64,000 nt of DNA from Candidatus Omnitrophota bacterium (GTDB lineage Bacteria; Omnitrophota; Gorgyraeia; JACQQV01), in NCBI GenBank assembly GCA_016206785.1, contig JACQQV010000039.1, positions 5,978 to 69,977 on the forward strand, given 5' to 3'. The notes under the pieces were generated by a model. The model searched no databases. It saw nothing but the letters and a program-made list of their open reading frames with translations, and had not been told where the DNA came from. Numbering within the stretch: the first letter of the stretch is position 1; each line of letters starts with the position of its first letter. The position numbers and the translations under genes are program-made. Positions 7,772-17,299 of the stretch are shown here, piece by piece.

Positions 7772-9561
7772 TTTTTATTTGGATGCGCCTCCTCATAAAG
7801 GGAATCGATAAGGTTTTGATATTTTTCATATAAGCGTTTCCGTTTGACTTTAAGAGTTGGCGTAAGATCCCCCTCTCCTTGCGTCAATACTTTCGTGAGC
7901 AACGCAAACTTTTTAACTTTTTCAAAACTGGCAAGATCTTTGAGACATCTTTCAATTCGATGATGGAAAAGAGAAAGAATTTCAGGATGGGTCAAAAGGG
8001 AATCGAGATCCTTGAGCGGAAGACCTTTCTTCGCCGCCAGTCTCTCCAATGGGTCCAACCGAGGAATGATGAGCGCCACGATATATTTGCGTTTATCGCC
8101 AAAGATGACCGCTTCTTCGATGAAGGGGTCTTTCTTGAGAAGGGCTTCTACTTTCTGAGGAGAGACGTATTTGCCGCCACTTGTTTTGAGGAGGTCCTTC
8201 TTCCGGTCGGTAATGGTGAGGAAGCCTTCTGAATCCAGAAATCCGATATCTCCCGTGAGAAGGTAATCTCCTTGGAACGAAGCTTTCGTGAGATCCTCCC
8301 TCTGAAAATACCCTTGCATGACGTTCGGCCCCCGAACAAGAATTTCCCCGTCCTCCGCGATCTTCACCTCGACGCCTTCAATCGGAAGTCCCACACTCCC
8401 CCATTTGAATCGAGTCGGTCGGTTGACGGAGATCACGGGCGAGGTCTCTGTCAGACCGTATCCCTCCAGGATCATGCAATGGAATGCGGCAAAGAATTCA
8501 TGGACCTCGACCGAAAGGGGTGCGCTTCCCGAAATAAAAAACCTTAGCTGCTTCCCAATTTTTCTGCGAAGTTTTCTCAAAACCAGAAGCAGGGCAAGGG
8601 GATATTGGAGGCGCTCATGCCAAAGAAGAGGCGTTTTGTATTGGAGAGACCTTGCTTTTTCTCGTCCTTGCTTGATGGCCCACAAAATGAGGGCGCGTTC
8701 AACAAAATTTTTTTTAGCGACGGCGGCTAAGATCGCCTCTTGGATTTTCTCGAAAAACCGAGGAACACCGCTCACCACGGTTGGCTGAACCTCCTGCATG
8801 TTTTGAAAAACAGTGTCCATATTTTCCGCATACGCGATGGTTCCTCCCCGCGAAAGGAAAAAGTAGAAACCAGCCATCCTTTCAAAGACATGGCTTAAAG
8901 GGAGGAAAGAGAGGTAGAGATCCTTCTCGGAGATCGGGATCGCTTCACTGCAGGAGCGGCAATTGGAAAGGAAGTTGTCGTGCGAAAGCATGACCCCTTT
9001 CGGTTCGCCAGTCGTCCCTGAAGTATAGATGATGGTTGCCGTGTCGTTTTTTCGTACCTGTTGGAGTCGTTCGAGGAACACCCTTTCCTCTTTTTTTCTG
9101 AAGTCCTCTCCTTCCGAAAGGGCATTTGAGAAGTAGGGCTCTTCAAAGGGGAGCGTGGGGTTTTTCCAGGAAGAAAGCGTTTGGCAGAAAGAGAGCCGTG
9201 AGACAAGAAGAAACCGCGCGCCGGAGTCGTTCAGGAGTTGTTCAACTTCCGTCGGGGTAAGGGTGGTATAGATCGGTACAGTGATGCAGCCAATGGAAAC
9301 AATGGCAAGGTCCGATATCGCCCACTCGGGACGATTTTCCGAAAAGAGAGCGACGCGGTCCCCTTTTTGAAGGCCATGCTTCAGGAGGTAGCCGGCGAGA
9401 TGAAGGATCCTTTCGTTGACTTCCTTCCAGGAAAGACTCTGGTAAGCCCCTCCCCTTTTAAAACGAAGGCATTCCCGGTCGGCATATCGCAAGGCCCGGG
9501 ATCGAAACATCCCGTAGAGGACCTCTTCATCGATTTTTAAATTGAGGTTGTCTTTTGTCAA
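7768..9561 (-). CDS. fadD: Long-chain fatty acid--CoA ligase (AMP-binding)
   Basis: YTSGTTGEPKG, FLPLSHVFER, EGYGLTE, TGDIG, DRKK..SGGK, TPTLKVKR. Confidence 0.9.
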   Translation of the reverse strand: MTKDNLNLKIDEEVLYGMFRSRALRYADRECLRFKRGGAYQSLSWKEVNERILHLAGYLLKHGLQKGDRVALFSENRPEWAISDLAIVSIGCITVPIYTTLTPTEVEQLLNDSGARFLLVSRLSFCQTLSSWKNPTLPFEEPYFSNALSEGEDFRKKEERVFLERLQQVRKNDTATIIYTSGTTGEPKGVMLSHDNFLSNCRSCSEAIPISEKDLYLSFLPLSHVFERMAGFYFFLSRGGTIAYAENMDTVFQNMQEVQPTVVSGVPRFFEKIQEAILAAVAKKNFVERALILWAIKQGREKARSLQYKTPLLWHERLQYPLALLLVLRKLRRKIGKQLRFFISGSAPLSVEVHEFFAAFHCMILEGYGLTETSPVISVNRPTRFKWGSVGLPIEGVEVKIAEDGEILVRGPNVMQGYFQREDLTKASFQGDYLLTGDIGFLDSEGFLTITDRKKDLLKTSGGKYVSPQKVEALLKKDPFIEEAVIFGDKRKYIVALIIPRLDPLERLAAKKGLPLKDLDSLLTHPEILSLFHHRIERCLKDLASFEKVKKFALLTKVLTQGEGDLTPTLKVKRKRLYEKYQNLIDSLYEEAHPNKN

Positions 9562-10312
9562 GAAATGCTGAGACGCCTTCCTTCATGTCCTCTGTTTCAC
9601 AGATCTTTCCAAAGCCCTTCGCCTCCTCATGAAGCCCTTCCTCCAACGAGGCGCGACGGCTTTGATCGATCAGTGACAAAATCTGGGTAACCGCCACCAT
9701 GCCCTTGGAGGCGATTTTCTTTGCCAGCCCTTTCGCCTGTTTTAAAAGGTCTTGGTCGGGGACAACGCTGTTGACGAGCCCTATGCGAAAGGCTTCCTGC
9801 GCCGTCATCATATCTCCTGTGAGCATCAGTTCCGTTGCCTTGCTCAGTCCTACGATTCGGGGGAGTCTCTGAGTTCCTCCGAATCCTGGGATGATCCCTA
9901 AATTAATTTCGGGTTGACCGAATCGCGCCCGATCGCCTGCAATCCGGAGATGACAGGCCATCGTCAGTTCATTTCCACCTCCCAAGCAGACGGCGTTCAC
10001 GGCAGCGATAACCGGTTTTCCTAATTTCTCGATCTTATTCAAAATGTCCTGTCCTCGTCTGGCCAATTGCTCCGCCTGCGTTCCGGAGGCGATCCCCCGG
10101 AATTCCTTGATGTCTGCCCCTGCAATGAAGGCCTGCGGATTTTGAGAGGTGAAAAGGACAACCTTTGTTTCCGGGTCTGTCTTCAAAAGATCAAAAAGTT
10201 GGTCAAGTTCCTTTAGGACCTCTTGATTCAAGGTGTTGACAGGAGGATGATCGAAAATAAGGGTCGTCACCCCCTCCTCCTTGGAAATTTTGAAGAATTG
10301 AAAAGTGTCCAT
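9527..10312 (-). CDS. Enoyl-CoA hydratase/crotonase
   Basis: FIAGADI, GGGNEL, FGQPEINLG..PGFGGTQRL (both catalytic Glu present). Confidence 0.92.
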   Translation of the reverse strand: MDTFQFFKISKEEGVTTLIFDHPPVNTLNQEVLKELDQLFDLLKTDPETKVVLFTSQNPQAFIAGADIKEFRGIASGTQAEQLARRGQDILNKIEKLGKPVIAAVNAVCLGGGNELTMACHLRIAGDRARFGQPEINLGIIPGFGGTQRLPRIVGLSKATELMLTGDMMTAQEAFRIGLVNSVVPDQDLLKQAKGLAKKIASKGMVAVTQILSLIDQSRRASLEEGLHEEAKGFGKICETEDMKEGVSAFLDKRQPQFKNR

Positions 10313-10327
10313 CAGCTCTCCTTTGTC

Positions 10328-11542
10328 TTAGGAATACGTAAAAAATCCTTTTTTCGTTTTAAGGCCGAGACGATTTGCCTTTGTCATTCTCCTTAAGAGA
10401 GGAGCGGGCCAAAAGCGTCCTCCCATTTGGAAACTCCACACGTCCAATTGGCGGACAATCACGTCGATTCCCACTTGATCGGCAAAATGAAGAAGTCCCT
10501 GTTTCGATGGGGGGAATCCGATCCCGGTGAGCATTGCAAGATCGATGTCGCCTGCTCGGCCAATTCCCTCCTGGAGGCAGAGGGCAGCTTCGTTGATCAT
10601 GGGAAAGATCATTCTTTCAACGGAGAATGGCTGTTTGGGATACTTTTTGGAGAGGTTTTGAAGGAGAGATTTCATTTCCTCATCCACTTCAATTTTCTCC
10701 CCATACGTGTAAAACCCTTTCCCCCTTTTCATGCCGTAACGACCTGCGGTTTGAAGATGCCCCCAGATCTCGGCAGGTTTCATCCGTTCTCCATACTCTT
10801 CCAAAAGTGTTTTTACGACACTATGGCAGACTTCAAGCCCCAAAGTGTCGACGAGTGTAAAAGGGCCCATGGGAAATCCGAATTCGACCATCGCCCGATC
10901 GATCTCCTGAAGGCCAGTACTTCCCTCTTGGAGGGCGTAAGATGCCTCGTTGAGGTACGGCATAAGGAGGCGATTGACGAGGAAACCTGCGCACTCGTTC
11001 ACCCGGATGGGAAGTTTCCTTAAGCTTTCTGCAAAGGAAGTGACATCGGTGACCGTCTCCTCGGAGGTCTCCAGTCCCGGTATAATTTCAACCAGCTTCA
11101 TCACATGGGCAGGGTAAAAGAAATGCATGCCGATGACTTTTTCCGGGCGGGCGGTCGTGGCACCGAGTTGGGAAATGGAGAGCGCAGATGTGTTGGATGC
11201 GAGAATCGCACTTTTGGGACAGGCACGGTCCAATTCTTGAAAGACATTTTTTTTGACACCGATATCCTCGAAGACCGCTTCAATAACGATGTCTATTTCT
11301 TTAAAATCTGCGTAACTCGTCGTAGGGCGAATGAGGACGATCTTCGATTCGACTTCTTCCGTGGTCATCTTCCCTTTTTGCACCCGTCCCTCATAGATCT
11401 CACGGATCCGTTTCAAACCAGACTGCACCAGATGCTCATTTAAATCCTTAAAAATAACAGGAATGCCTGAATAAGAGATCGTTTGCGCGATCTCCGAACC
11501 CATGGCTCCTGCTCCCACGACAGCCGCTTTGTAGATGTACAT
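10328..11542 (-). CDS. 3-hydroxyacyl-CoA dehydrogenase (two C-terminal domains)
   Basis: GAGAMG, EAVFE, ASNTS, GMHFF.P, GFLVNR, PMGPF, GKGFY; repeated C-domain. Confidence 0.92.
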   Translation of the reverse strand: MYIYKAAVVGAGAMGSEIAQTISYSGIPVIFKDLNEHLVQSGLKRIREIYEGRVQKGKMTTEEVESKIVLIRPTTSYADFKEIDIVIEAVFEDIGVKKNVFQELDRACPKSAILASNTSALSISQLGATTARPEKVIGMHFFYPAHVMKLVEIIPGLETSEETVTDVTSFAESLRKLPIRVNECAGFLVNRLLMPYLNEASYALQEGSTGLQEIDRAMVEFGFPMGPFTLVDTLGLEVCHSVVKTLLEEYGERMKPAEIWGHLQTAGRYGMKRGKGFYTYGEKIEVDEEMKSLLQNLSKKYPKQPFSVERMIFPMINEAALCLQEGIGRAGDIDLAMLTGIGFPPSKQGLLHFADQVGIDVIVRQLDVWSFQMGGRFWPAPLLRRMTKANRLGLKTKKGFFTYS

Positions 11543-11594
11543 GAAGTCCCCTTCGTTATTCTAACAGGATGATCCCCACCGGTCAATTTTCCTT

Positions 11595-13664
11595 TCAGGG
11601 ACCCCAAACCAGTTGCTTAATCTCCGGGAGGTGTTTCAAGGTTTCTTCCTCGCCCCTGCGGATAAATTTCTTCGCTTCAAAAAACTCGAACCAACTGGCA
11701 CTAATGGTGGTGGGGCGAATGACGACGTCTGCGTTGCGACAGGCGATCTCTGAAATTTCATATTCCATGGTCTGCATGCTCTGCATCATGATGTCAAAGA
11801 TATTTGGAATAAAGACGCGCCGGAGTTTCTTACGCAGTCGGTAAAGGGACCGGATGAAAAAATTTTTCTTGAGGACTGCGGCCATCTTTTTCTCTTCCGT
11901 CTCTTCGAGGCGTTTTCTTCTCTCAAGAACCGCTTGTGGACTGGGCAGTACATTGACCGCGATAATTTTATTGGCACCGCACCGGCGGAGGGTTTCAATG
12001 GGAACTGGAGACACCACAGCCCCATCGACAATCGTTTGTCCATCTCGGAGGATAGGCTCTACGATGCCGGGGATGGACATGCTGGCCCTCACCGCTTCAA
12101 AGAGAAGGCCCTTGTCCAGGATCAATTCCTCGCGGGTATTGAGATCTACTGCAACGACCTTCAGAGGAAAGGAGGCGTCTTGGAAAGTTCGGCTGCCGAG
12201 GAGGTTCTTCAAAAACCCGGAGACTTTTACCCCTTTAAAGAATCCCCGTGTCCACAAAAAGTTGAAATCGGCGAAGAGGGAAAAAGTTCTTGCGCGACTC
12301 GAGAATCTTTCGGCGATTTTTTCCATTTCATCCGGTTTCTTTCCCGAGGCCCAAACCGCCGCAACAATGGCGCCCATACTGGTCCCCGCCACCACATCGA
12401 TTGGAATCTTTTCCTTCTCGAGGACTTTCAGGACACCGACGTGGGCAAGTCCCAGTGCCGCCCCACTCCCTAAGGCAAGCCCCACGAGGACATCTCCAAT
12501 TTCCCGTGCCATATACCGAACCATCTTGCTGTAATGGGAGGTGGGACTCCCGATCACGAAGGGGATCCCTTTGAGTTGGATGTAGTCTTGGAGGGTTTGG
12601 GTATAGGGGAGGACCTGGTTAATCTTTTCGCCGAGCATTTCTTCTTTTCGTAAGAGGGACGCACGATGTTCCGGTTTCTTTTCATTTAAAATGATCCGGA
12701 TTTTGTCACGAATCTCTTTATGCTGAAGAGAAGAGTCCAGAACTTCTTTTGTTTGCAGAAGGTGTTCTCGGGGGGCATCCGTCATAAGATAGATGAGGTC
12801 GGATTGCGTCAAAATATTCTGTGTGAGAACGTCATTTCGGGTAGGAAGATCCAAGAGGATAAAGTCATAAGAAAAAGCGAGATGGCTCAAAAGGGCCGTG
12901 ATCTTCCTTTCGTCCCCCTCTTTAAATTCATGGAGGGTTAGGCCAAGGAGGTGAAAGCCGGACGGGTGAGTCGTCACATATTTTTGGACGATCTCCCCTT
13001 CAGCGCTTCCCACCTTTTTCAGATCAAAGTTATTCTTCATTTCCAGTTTTAAGAGGGTATGGATAGTATCCCCCTCGCCGTTGAAGTCGATGACGATGGT
13101 CTTCCGTCTCGTTTCTAACGTCAGGCTCCCGGCGAGGTTAATCGCGAAGGAGGTCTTTCCGGCTTGGGGCACGACGCTGTAGATTGAAATGATCTTGGAC
13201 TCCTTGATCCTTTCCCCTTCCCGATCTTTTCGCTTGAGGCGATTGCTTAAGACCCGACTGATCTGAATGGTGACTTGGGGAGAACGCTGAATGATCTGGT
13301 TGAAGCTCTCCTTCCCGAGCCGTAGGAGTAATGCATCATTTTGAACGACCACATTGACCGAATGGGGCTCCCCCGTCAAAAGGGAGAGCTCCCCGAAATA
13401 GTCTCCCTCGTACAAATAGGCAAAAATCTTTTCGCGTTGCTCTTCCTGGGAAAATACCTTTACCCTGCCGGAGACAATGGCGTAAAAGCAGTCAGCAGGA
13501 TCTCCTTCGCGGTAAATGAAATCACCTTTTTTGTATTCAATAAGCCTCATTTCGTTTGCGAGAAGACGCAATTCCGGTTCTTGCAGACCCGAAAAGAGGG
13601 GCAATCGTCGCAAGACTTCTACCTTATCAATCTTATCGATCTGTTTAAAATACCACCGTGTCAT
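11595..13664 (-). CDS. cNMP-binding + MinD/ParA-like + patatin phospholipase fusion
   Basis: cNMP domain (IYREGD, YFGELSLL), P-loop AGKTS, patatin GSGAALG, GTSMG and DGA; start at ATGA overlap 13664. Confidence 0.85.
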   Translation of the reverse strand: MTRWYFKQIDKIDKVEVLRRLPLFSGLQEPELRLLANEMRLIEYKKGDFIYREGDPADCFYAIVSGRVKVFSQEEQREKIFAYLYEGDYFGELSLLTGEPHSVNVVVQNDALLLRLGKESFNQIIQRSPQVTIQISRVLSNRLKRKDREGERIKESKIISIYSVVPQAGKTSFAINLAGSLTLETRRKTIVIDFNGEGDTIHTLLKLEMKNNFDLKKVGSAEGEIVQKYVTTHPSGFHLLGLTLHEFKEGDERKITALLSHLAFSYDFILLDLPTRNDVLTQNILTQSDLIYLMTDAPREHLLQTKEVLDSSLQHKEIRDKIRIILNEKKPEHRASLLRKEEMLGEKINQVLPYTQTLQDYIQLKGIPFVIGSPTSHYSKMVRYMAREIGDVLVGLALGSGAALGLAHVGVLKVLEKEKIPIDVVAGTSMGAIVAAVWASGKKPDEMEKIAERFSSRARTFSLFADFNFLWTRGFFKGVKVSGFLKNLLGSRTFQDASFPLKVVAVDLNTREELILDKGLLFEAVRASMSIPGIVEPILRDGQTIVDGAVVSPVPIETLRRCGANKIIAVNVLPSPQAVLERRKRLEETEEKKMAAVLKKNFFIRSLYRLRKKLRRVFIPNIFDIMMQSMQTMEYEISEIACRNADVVIRPTTISASWFEFFEAKKFIRRGEEETLKHLPEIKQLVWGP

Positions 13665-14365
13665 CGTTTTTTCTCCATGACCCTGATGAAATTCTGGCAA
13701 CCCTTTTTCGTCCGTGGAAGGGGATCGAGGGGACACGAGGCGCACAGGGGACTCTTCCGACAGTACCTCTTCCCCACCTCGACGAGGAGGGCATGGTATT
13801 CGTTAAAGAGAGAGGCGCGATGAGGTAAAGTGTCCGTAAAATAATCTTGGATTTCTTCGTAACGTTCATCTCCCCGAAGGAGGCCGTGTCGGGAGAGAAC
13901 GCGCCGGGTATACGCATCGACGACAAAAACAGGTTTCCCCCCCGCATACAGTAAGATGCTGTCCACTGTCTCTTCGCCGAGTCCGTCTATTGCGAGAAGT
14001 TCTTTTCGGAGAGGGCCGGTCGGGTGAAGAAACAGGGCCTCTAGGTTTCCCTCCCATTTTCTAAAAAGATAGGAGAGGAAATTTTTGACCCGCTTCGCCT
14101 TGACATTGAAAAACCCGGAAGGGCGTATCGTTTTTGCGAGTGTTTCTTGATTGAGGCGATAAAGACGATCTGCACGAAGGAGCCTTTTTTTCTCAAGGGC
14201 CCGGATCGCCTTTTCCACATTCGACCAAGCGGTGTTTTGGGTCAAGATCGCTCCCACCACCACTTCAAAAGGTGATTTTGCAGGCCACCAATGGCGTTTT
14301 CCAAAAGTCCTGTACAGCCGCCTATAAATCCAGCGTAGCACTTTTCCGTCAAAATTGTTCCGCAA
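13661..14365 (-). CDS. Endonuclease III-related HhH-GPD DNA glycosylase
   Basis: GAILTQNT.W.NV, GLGEETVDSILLYA, VVDAYT.R, C-terminal Cys cluster. Confidence 0.88.
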   Translation of the reverse strand: MRNNFDGKVLRWIYRRLYRTFGKRHWWPAKSPFEVVVGAILTQNTAWSNVEKAIRALEKKRLLRADRLYRLNQETLAKTIRPSGFFNVKAKRVKNFLSYLFRKWEGNLEALFLHPTGPLRKELLAIDGLGEETVDSILLYAGGKPVFVVDAYTRRVLSRHGLLRGDERYEEIQDYFTDTLPHRASLFNEYHALLVEVGKRYCRKSPLCASCPLDPLPRTKKGCQNFIRVMEKKR

Positions 14366-15452
14366 ATTCGATCCTCCTTAAGATAGAGGGGTGACTGTAA
14401 AAGAAGAACTCGATGAGTCGGTCGGGAGACTCATCTTCTAAATTTTGTTGAGCGAGTTTTTTCATGGAGGAAACAAAAATTTCCCTCAGCCCCGTCGTCC
14501 GTAACGCAAAAGCATCCGCCCTTCGCTCCAACATTCTGGAAAAGCCGTTTTGAAGCGGCATGAGACAAAAATTCAAGAGAGAAAAAAGGAGGAGAAAAAG
14601 AGGAAGAGCCGCCATATTCCCCACATCGCCTATCTGGAAAAGGGGGAGAAGTCCAATGAGGAGCTGCTGCACCAGATAAATCCCCCCAAATGTCAGGAAG
14701 GCACTGAAGAGGAGGGAAGCTGCCACATGGTGCTCTTTGTCATGGCCCAGTTCGTGGGCAAACACCACTTTAATCTCATCATGACTCAAACTCCGGAGCA
14801 GGGTGTCTCCAAGAACGATTTTCTTCAGTTTGCCTATTCCTAGAACAGCGGCATTCGCTTTCCTTGTGTCCCTGCTGAGGTCGATCGCTCTTACGGAGTG
14901 GATATCTCTTCCCTGGCTCCGGGCAAAGGTCTTGAGCGTCTGAATGAGCAGTTGATCCTCGACGGGGGTGTACCGGTAGAAAAGGGGGACGATCCAGACC
15001 GGGAAAAGTTGTGTCAAAATCCAGCTGTAGAGGAACCATAAAATTCCGAAACCGATCCACCATCTTTCACTCATGGTCCAGACAAAGAAGTAGCCGGTTT
15101 CCACCAAGAGGAGAAAAAAGAGGAGAGAAAGGAGCTCTTTCTTCCCTTCTCTGGCACACCACCTTTTGAAAGTCAACAGGGATAGCCCGAACTGTTTCTC
15201 CAGGAAATAGCTGACGTAAAGGTGTGTTGGAAGGTGAATAAAAAAAAGAAAAAATGAGAGACCGGTGGCGTAAACGGCGATCCGAAGCCAGTAAAAAGAG
15301 AACCCCCTAAGGATCGCTTGCTCTAATCTCTGGGCACTCCCTAAGGACATAAAGAGGCAGAGAAAAATGATGCCTATCATGAAGTCAATAAAGAAAAAGA
15401 CGATTTTAATGCGGTGATACCGTTTTGCCTTTTCTTTTGATTTATCGACCAT
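14349..15452 (-). CDS. M48 family (Ste24-like) membrane metallopeptidase
   Basis: HELGH, ERRADAFA, SHP..LRRI, multiple TMs. Confidence 0.88.
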   Translation of the reverse strand: MVDKSKEKAKRYHRIKIVFFFIDFMIGIIFLCLFMSLGSAQRLEQAILRGFSFYWLRIAVYATGLSFFLFFIHLPTHLYVSYFLEKQFGLSLLTFKRWCAREGKKELLSLLFFLLLVETGYFFVWTMSERWWIGFGILWFLYSWILTQLFPVWIVPLFYRYTPVEDQLLIQTLKTFARSQGRDIHSVRAIDLSRDTRKANAAVLGIGKLKKIVLGDTLLRSLSHDEIKVVFAHELGHDKEHHVAASLLFSAFLTFGGIYLVQQLLIGLLPLFQIGDVGNMAALPLFLLLFSLLNFCLMPLQNGFSRMLERRADAFALRTTGLREIFVSSMKKLAQQNLEDESPDRLIEFFFYSHPSILRRIEFAEQF

Positions 15453-16242
15453 CGATGAGCACCACGGGATCTCCGCGGCGTAAGGACAATGCCTTTGCCG
15501 CGCTGTCTTTTTGTAACGCCAGTTCCAGAAGACCTGAACTCCCAAAAAGAGCGAGGGGTCCCTGACCGCCTTCGGCGTAGGTTTTAAAGAGTCCTTTGAT
15601 CAGATACTTTCCCGCCTTGATCCACACTCCCTTCCTCTTCCCTCCTCTTTTAAAACGGAGATAATCTCTCCGGCGGATATTAGTGATGAGATTTCCAAAA
15701 CGATCTTCCGTAAGAATCTTTCCCTTCAGACGAGATGGGCGAAAAGAAACTTTCCATAGAGGAAGCGTTTTGAGTGAGGAGACGGCCTTCCCAAGACGCT
15801 GGGGCGGAATACCGAGAGAAAGCTTGGCGGCGCAAGGGGCGACAATGTCTCTTCCGTGAAAGGTGTGGCTCACGGAAGCACCTGCGCCAATCGGGGAGAT
15901 CTGATAAAGAGAAACCTTTTTCAGTTCTTCAACAATCGGACCCAAAAGACCATTGTCAGGGGCGAGGAAGAGATAATCCGACGACCGAACGATGAGGAGC
16001 GCTCTTTCCGTCCCCACGCCGGGATCCACGACAGCGAGATGAAGGGTTCCTTTGGGAAAGTATCGGTAAGTTCTCCATAAGGTCAGGCTTGCATGAAGGA
16101 TATCGTGCGGCGGAACTTGGTGTGTAATATCAACAAAGGAGACGTGGGGATTGTGTCTGAGGATGACTCCTTTCATTTCTGCCGCATAAGAGTCTTTCTC
16201 TCCAAAGTCTGTCGTCAGGGTAATGATTTTTCTCCGCTTCAT
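15442..16242 (-). CDS. SAM hydrolase (DUF62; chlorinase/fluorinase family)
   Basis: TLTTDFG, DITH, VVDPGVGT.R, PDNGLL, TFHGRD, DRFGN..TNI. Confidence 0.9.
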   Translation of the reverse strand: MKRRKIITLTTDFGEKDSYAAEMKGVILRHNPHVSFVDITHQVPPHDILHASLTLWRTYRYFPKGTLHLAVVDPGVGTERALLIVRSSDYLFLAPDNGLLGPIVEELKKVSLYQISPIGAGASVSHTFHGRDIVAPCAAKLSLGIPPQRLGKAVSSLKTLPLWKVSFRPSRLKGKILTEDRFGNLITNIRRRDYLRFKRGGKRKGVWIKAGKYLIKGLFKTYAEGGQGPLALFGSSGLLELALQKDSAAKALSLRRGDPVVLIDGR

Positions 16243-16607
16243 GCGTGATAGTGTGTTAAATGATACGTGACGTATTGATTCAATATCTCTCGATCCTGCA
16301 CATTCAGTCTTGTGAAATAGATCGCGACGAAGTATTTCTCAGGGTTTCCATTTTCACGAACGGTCTTTTCAGACCTCACCACAACCCCCTCGCATCGAAT
16401 CTCCTGGGGAGCTTTCCTTTCCTGACCCATGACAGGAACCGATAAGGTAATGGATACTTTTGCAAAAGTCGGAATAGGTTGAGAAACCTGACAATAGGCG
16501 CCCGTGATACTGATATTTTTCGTCTCTGTGACCAGACGAAAGGCATCCCCCCTTAACGTCATGGAAAGTGCTTTTTCGATGCGGGGGGAGCCACGCTGCT
16601 CTACCAT
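16239..16607 (-). CDS. PilZ-domain protein
   Basis: EQRGSPR and NISITG motifs. Confidence 0.85.
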   Translation of the reverse strand: MVEQRGSPRIEKALSMTLRGDAFRLVTETKNISITGAYCQVSQPIPTFAKVSITLSVPVMGQERKAPQEIRCEGVVVRSEKTVRENGNPEKYFVAIYFTRLNVQDREILNQYVTYHLTHYHA

Positions 16608-17101
16608 AGAGGCTTCCTTTCACTGGAAGATTCGAGTCGAAGAAGCTGCTTCTTGACCTTTTTCCCCCATGCGAACCCTCCTATTCCCTTCGAGGTCATG
16701 ACGATGCGGTGACACGGAATAAGGAGAGGGAGAGGATTTTGATGGAGGGCTTGACCACAAGCCCGGGAACCTCCCGGACATCGGATTCTTTTGGCCACCC
16801 ACCGGTATGTTCGAACGGTGCCGCAGGGAATTTGGCGCACCAAGGTGAGCACCCTTTTTTGAAAAGGGGTCCGTGATGAAAGGTCGAGAGGGAGAAGGGG
16901 CGGAGTTTGTTTTCCTTTGAAATAGTCACACACATAAGCCTCGGTTTTTCTAAATAAGTTCCCTCTTTTTTGAATGGCGGTCGGGTATCTGAGAAGAATT
17001 TTCCTGCGCAAAAGCGACCGCTTCCCCCTTTCCCGGAGAAGAGCCGCGATCCCTTTTGGCGTTTCGACCACGCCGAGCCATCCCAGGGGACTTTTGATCA
17101 T
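16601..17101 (-). CDS. ogt: Methylated-DNA--protein-cysteine methyltransferase
   Basis: TPFQ..V, IP.G...TY, RACG.A..NP, IPCHR; likely start MIKSPLG. Confidence 0.88.
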   Translation of the reverse strand: MIKSPLGWLGVVETPKGIAALLRERGKRSLLRRKILLRYPTAIQKRGNLFRKTEAYVCDYFKGKQTPPLLPLDLSSRTPFQKRVLTLVRQIPCGTVRTYRWVAKRIRCPGGSRACGQALHQNPLPLLIPCHRIVMTSKGIGGFAWGKKVKKQLLRLESSSERKPLW

Positions 17102-17117
17102 AAAATAGGAAACGACG

Positions 17118-17288
17118 TCACGCGGCTTTTTTCTGAAAGAGTTGCCAGCACCCTTTCCCGCAGAAAAACTTGCCATTTCGGTAGTACCAGTTTTTTCGTT
17201 TAAGGGGTTTATTGCATCGGACGCAATTTTTTGGCTTTTCAGTTTTCTTTGTTTGGGGAGGCGCTTCTTCTTTTTTTTCCTCTTCCAC
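17118..17288 (-). CDS. Small TRASH/MYM-type zinc-finger protein (56 aa, not in ORF track)
   Basis: AAGGAGGG SD plus GTG; MEEEKKEEAPPQTKKTEKPKNCVRCNKPLKRKNWYYRNGKFFCGKGCWQLFQKKAA. Confidence 0.8.
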   Translation of the reverse strand: MEEEKKEEAPPQTKKTEKPKNCVRCNKPLKRKNWYYRNGKFFCGKGCWQLFQKKAA

Positions 17289-17299
17289 AGAACCCTCCT

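Noticed and set aside
11595-13664. Pycsar/CBASS effector interpretation of the cNMP-patatin
   Set aside because: No cyclase or CD-NTase is adjacent, and the context is fatty-acid metabolism
15442-16242. Halogenase (fluorinase/chlorinase) biosynthetic gene
   Set aside because: It has the Asp-Arg-His pattern of widespread DUF62 SAM hydrolases (VVDPGVGT.R, TFHGRD) and no biosynthetic cluster context
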